Assembly: GCF_002075285.3 (NCBI RefSeq)
Contig: NZ_CP021983.2
Coordinates: 930,001-962,000, forward strand
DNA length: 32,000 bases
Direction of reading: 5' to 3'
Source of the DNA: Halomicronema hongdechloris C2206
GTDB lineage: Bacteria > Cyanobacteriota > Cyanobacteriia > Phormidesmidales > Phormidesmidaceae
The notes below the pieces were generated by a model. That model worked only from the letters and a program-made list of their open reading frames with translations, had not been told where the DNA came from and did no database searches. A program made the translations under genes and the position numbers. Numbering within the stretch: the first letter of the stretch is position 1; the number at the start of each line of letters is the position of its first letter. Positions 29,033 through 32,000 of this stretch are shown in pieces.

Positions 29033-29113
29033 AGATTGACTCAAGTTCAATGAGTGTTTCATCAATTAGTTGGCGACTATTTGCTAGCATCAATAGTAAT
29101 TATGATGTCGATT

Positions 29114-29141
29114 AAGTTGTAAATCGGAAGTTGTAAATCGG
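29114..29141. repeat. Tandem direct repeat AAGTTGTAAATCGG x2, immediately upstream of the lipoprotein start
   Basis: Identical copies at 29114-29127 and 29128-29141. The second ends 10 nt before the ATG at 29152. Confidence 0.9.
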
Positions 29142-29151
29142 ATAAGATTCC

Positions 29152-29547
29152 ATGAAAACCTCCTTTCTTTTTGTCGTATCTCTATTGTTCCTTGGCGCTT
29201 GTTCTCGTTCCTCTGATCTTGCAACGATAGAATCGCACTTAGAAAACTTGGTAGAAAGGGATCGAAAACTTGACGAGGCCATCGTAGCCGCTGAGTCGAT
29301 TCCTAACTTTACACTTGATCAGGATGAATTAGTTAAGTATAACCTTAGAACCGGTGAAGCCTGGCATTTGACAGATGGTATCTGGCAAACAATAGGTGAG
29401 GGCTCTGCCGTTTCGCCGTCAGAATATAACTTCACTTATTATTACGATGAGAACGATGCCATAACTTTGGTGCGAATCGATATGACATCAGGGGATTCAT
29501 GGAAGTCAGTGGGCTTTGATGATTGGCAGATAATTCCTGACGAGTGA
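29152..29547 (+). CDS. Hypothetical lipoprotein (orphan, in AT-richer DNA)
   Basis: The signal peptide MKTSFLFVVSLLFLGAC has a lipobox. I do not recognise a family. The composition is visibly AT-richer than the flanking genes. Confidence 0.55.
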   Translation: MKTSFLFVVSLLFLGACSRSSDLATIESHLENLVERDRKLDEAIVAAESIPNFTLDQDELVKYNLRTGEAWHLTDGIWQTIGEGSAVSPSEYNFTYYYDENDAITLVRIDMTSGDSWKSVGFDDWQIIPDE

Positions 29548-29625
29548 TTTTTGACTGATCTAGCAGGCTCTTTCTAGGCATTTTGCTGGGGATCTCACTA
29601 AAATGTGCGATCGCACCCGACAATC

Positions 29626-29676
29626 CTGAAAAACCCAAATCCCCCTGAGCCTCCAGATAAGGCAACATCAGGGGGA
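29626..29676 (-). terminator. Rho-independent terminator downstream of proX
   Basis: A 9-bp stem, TCCCCCTGA (29640-29648) with TCAGGGGGA (29668-29676), encloses a 19-nt loop. On the minus strand it is followed by TTTGGGTTTTT. It lies between convergent genes. Confidence 0.6.
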
Positions 29677-29717
29677 CCCGATCACACAGTTAGCGAAGAG
29701 CTAGCGTCCCAGTATCA

Positions 29718-30812
29718 CTACTGCATCGCTTGGGCTCCAGCCGCCCGAGCTTCCTCGACCCAGCCGTCAAAGGTCTCTTGATTATCGGCGATCCACTCTT
29801 CCGCGTGAGCGCGGATGTCGGCTGGAGAATCTTCCCCATCCCGCATTAGCTGGTTCTGGGCGCTAACATCCTCGATGGGAATCGTCACCAACTCAAACAG
29901 ACGAGCCGCTGCTAGATTCTCCTCTACAAATTGGTCATTCGACAAAATCCGGATCTGATCGACGGCAAACCCCAGGTTTTTCCCCTCAGCGGTGGTGTCT
30001 TCTGCGGTAACGTCGCCTTGCTCCTCTGGCAAATCGGTATAAGGGACCTCTAACCATTCCACATCTTCGCCAGGGGTGAGTACACCACTGACCCATAGGG
30101 GCGTCCAAGTGTAATAGAGAATCGGTTCACCCTGCTCAAACCGAGTAATCGTATCTGCCATCAGGGCAAGATACTGACCCTGGTCATGCTGCACGGTCTC
30201 TCTGAGATCATAGGCATCGAGATGATGCTCAATCACCAGTTCACAGCCCCAGCCAGGGTTGCAGCCTGTCAGGTTGGCCTGACCATCGCCATCGGTGTCA
30301 AACAGGGCGGCAATCTCGGGATCCTGAAGCTGCTCTATAGAGGTGATGTCATACTCCTCTGCCGTGGCCTTATCGATCAAATATCCCTGTAAGACATTGT
30401 CGATGATGACGCCCATGCGCTCCAGCTGGTCATCACCCCCGCTATTTTCAAAGAAGTCACTGTGCAACTGCTCCCAGTGGACCGCCGTGTAGTCAATGCC
30501 GCCATTGGCAATATCTACGTGCATGGTGGCATATTCTAATTCCTTGCCATCCTCCACCTCATAGCCAAGCTGTTCTAGGCCAATATTGACCACTTCGGTT
30601 TGAAATAATTCCTCCAACACAGAATAAGCGGGGGTAACGCTGACGCCTTCGCCTGGCATGGGGACGGATTCAGCCTGTTCTTCCCCGTCTGTCGGAGCAG
30701 TATCTGTGGCTTGGTTACACGCCGTTACGCCTGCCGTCAGCACGGTGGCAGCCGTGGCCATGGCCAACCCGCGGCCAACTGGTAACGTGGGTAAATTCAA
30801 TGCAAATTTCAT
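29718..30812 (-). CDS. proX: Glycine betaine/proline ABC transporter substrate-binding lipoprotein
   Basis: The lipobox is LTAGVTAC. The CNPGWGCE motif and the overall acidic ProX-like sequence fit. It lies downstream of a ProW-like permease. Confidence 0.85.
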   Translation of the reverse strand: MKFALNLPTLPVGRGLAMATAATVLTAGVTACNQATDTAPTDGEEQAESVPMPGEGVSVTPAYSVLEELFQTEVVNIGLEQLGYEVEDGKELEYATMHVDIANGGIDYTAVHWEQLHSDFFENSGGDDQLERMGVIIDNVLQGYLIDKATAEEYDITSIEQLQDPEIAALFDTDGDGQANLTGCNPGWGCELVIEHHLDAYDLRETVQHDQGQYLALMADTITRFEQGEPILYYTWTPLWVSGVLTPGEDVEWLEVPYTDLPEEQGDVTAEDTTAEGKNLGFAVDQIRILSNDQFVEENLAAARLFELVTIPIEDVSAQNQLMRDGEDSPADIRAHAEEWIADNQETFDGWVEEARAAGAQAMQ

Positions 30813-30902
30813 GGTCTCAAATCGTAAACTGCTTTAGAAATCACTCTGTCAATCCAGAGCATCTATCCTGACTCTGTGACTAGAGTAGGGTATCTCGCCA
30901 AG

Positions 30903-31862
30903 TTAGCGGATGCGGGCAGGTGAAGGCTGCTGGCCCAGAAATCGATGACGAATGAAACCAACTAGCCCCCGGTCTGCCCAATCCAATCCATCCTGGGGTG
31001 GATGGCCGATGGCTTGGGTAATTCGATCCAAGACAATGGCCATCAACACAATACCAAGCCCGCCGACGGCCGCTAGACCCACATCCAAGCGGCCAATGCC
31101 GCGGTTTACCATCTGTCCTAGTCCCTCAACGGCAATTAGCGAGGCAATCACTACCATAGACAGGGCCAACATGATGGACTGGTTCACGCCGGCCAAGATA
31201 GTCGGCATGGCCAGGGGAACTTGCACCTCCCAAAGCACCTGCCGTGGCGTTGAACCAAAGGCCAGGGCAGCTTCAACGGTTTCTTTAGAAACTTGGCGAA
31301 TGCCGATGTTGGTCAAGCGAATCAACGGCGGCACGGCAAAGATGAAGGTAACGATCACCCCCGGTACCTTACCAGTGCCAAATAACATCACCACGGGAAC
31401 CAAATAGACGAATGCTGGCAGGGTCTGCATGGCATCTAGAATCGGCCGAATGATTTGCTCGAAGCGTTCGCTGCGAGCGGCGGTGATGCCCAGGGGAATA
31501 CCAATGACAGTGCAGAGTACCACGGCGGTAACGACCAGGGAGAGGGTCGTCATAGACTCGTTCCAGGCGCCCATGGCCCCAGTTAGCAGCATGGCAATCA
31601 GGGTGAAGATGGCAACGCCTCGACCGGCAAACTGCCAGGCTATAAGCACCAGCACCCCGATGAATAAAACCGGAGGCACCGATTGGAAAAATGTCTCAAT
31701 ACCGTTGAGGACCTGCCCTACCGGCCAACGGATGAGCTGGAAGATCCAACGAAAATTATCGACCACCCAGCCCACACCGGTTTCGATCCAGTCGGCCAAG
31801 GGCAACATTTCGGTGGATCGGTTGAGAAATAACCAGTTCAGGAGCTCTACGAGAGGATTCAT
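30903..31862 (-). CDS. proW: Glycine betaine/proline ABC transporter permease
   Basis: It is multi-pass. The ABC permease EAA-like region is AALAFGSTPRQVLWEVQVPLAMPTILAGVNQ. The extended N-terminus is typical of ProW. Confidence 0.85.
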   Translation of the reverse strand: MNPLVELLNWLFLNRSTEMLPLADWIETGVGWVVDNFRWIFQLIRWPVGQVLNGIETFFQSVPPVLFIGVLVLIAWQFAGRGVAIFTLIAMLLTGAMGAWNESMTTLSLVVTAVVLCTVIGIPLGITAARSERFEQIIRPILDAMQTLPAFVYLVPVVMLFGTGKVPGVIVTFIFAVPPLIRLTNIGIRQVSKETVEAALAFGSTPRQVLWEVQVPLAMPTILAGVNQSIMLALSMVVIASLIAVEGLGQMVNRGIGRLDVGLAAVGGLGIVLMAIVLDRITQAIGHPPQDGLDWADRGLVGFIRHRFLGQQPSPARIR

Positions 31863-31897
31863 AGTCTGTCGAATGTCTAATCGAATATCTAATGCGT

Positions 31898-32000
31898 TTA
31901 GGACACTGCCATCTGTGGTGACTGTTCGACGACCTGAGAGATGGGCGCTTCAGTCTTTACCTCACTCAGGCGACCAATGCTGGAGAAGATATCAGAATGC
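31898..32000 (-). CDS. proV: C-terminal end of the upstream gene, probably the glycine betaine/proline ABC transporter ATP-binding protein (partial)
   Basis: Hand translation of the minus strand gives ...HSDIFSSIGRLSEVKTEAPISQVVEQSPQMAVS* with the stop at 31900..31898, 35 bp upstream of proW. The assignment rests on operon context only; the 33 aa are not diagnostic. Confidence 0.45.
   Translation of the reverse strand, partial: HSDIFSSIGRLSEVKTEAPISQVVEQSPQMAVS

Overview
This is a cyanobacterial chromosomal window. Three things support that: the HIP1 octamer GCGATCGC occurs at least 11 times by eye, the str-operon order is rpsL-rpsG-fusA-tuf-rpsJ, and there is a ferredoxin-type glutamate synthase. 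About 26 kb is ordinary core genome. On the minus strand this includes a polysaccharide-deacetylase/phosphodiester-glycosidase fusion, a DUF1997 protein, a LON-N-domain protein, the str operon, an IscA-like protein, a mannose-6-phosphate-isomerase-type cupin and a second phosphodiester glycosidase. Also present are pheA, a 1562-aa gltS, a VUT/DUF165 transporter, cofH, a prepilin-like protein, an Sfp/HetI-type PPTase, two coiled-coil/envelope proteins, and proV(partial)-proW-proX at the right edge. The accessory-looking part is about 24.7-29.7 kb. It holds a divergent cysteine-dioxygenase-like cupin and an FGE/SUMF1-like lipoprotein, followed by a 78-aa lipoprotein made almost entirely of D-P-C-A-[A/G] repeats encoded by near-identical 30-bp DNA repeats. 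Next come a solitary DUF262 (DGQQR) protein with an HNH-like tail, then a visibly AT-richer intergenic block with a perfect 28-bp palindrome and several tandem repeats, and an orphan lipoprotein. The best candidate for something undescribed is the FGE-like enzyme plus Cys-repeat lipoprotein pairing, a possible enzyme/substrate or metal-handling module. The DUF262-HNH gene looks like a one-gene type IV-restriction-like defence element. Separately, gltS carries a 21-codon out-of-frame stretch bounded by two GGGGG runs, a compensated double frameshift or a homopolymer sequencing error. I found no rRNA, tRNA, CRISPR array or transposase. All functional calls rest on motif recognition by eye, not on database searches.
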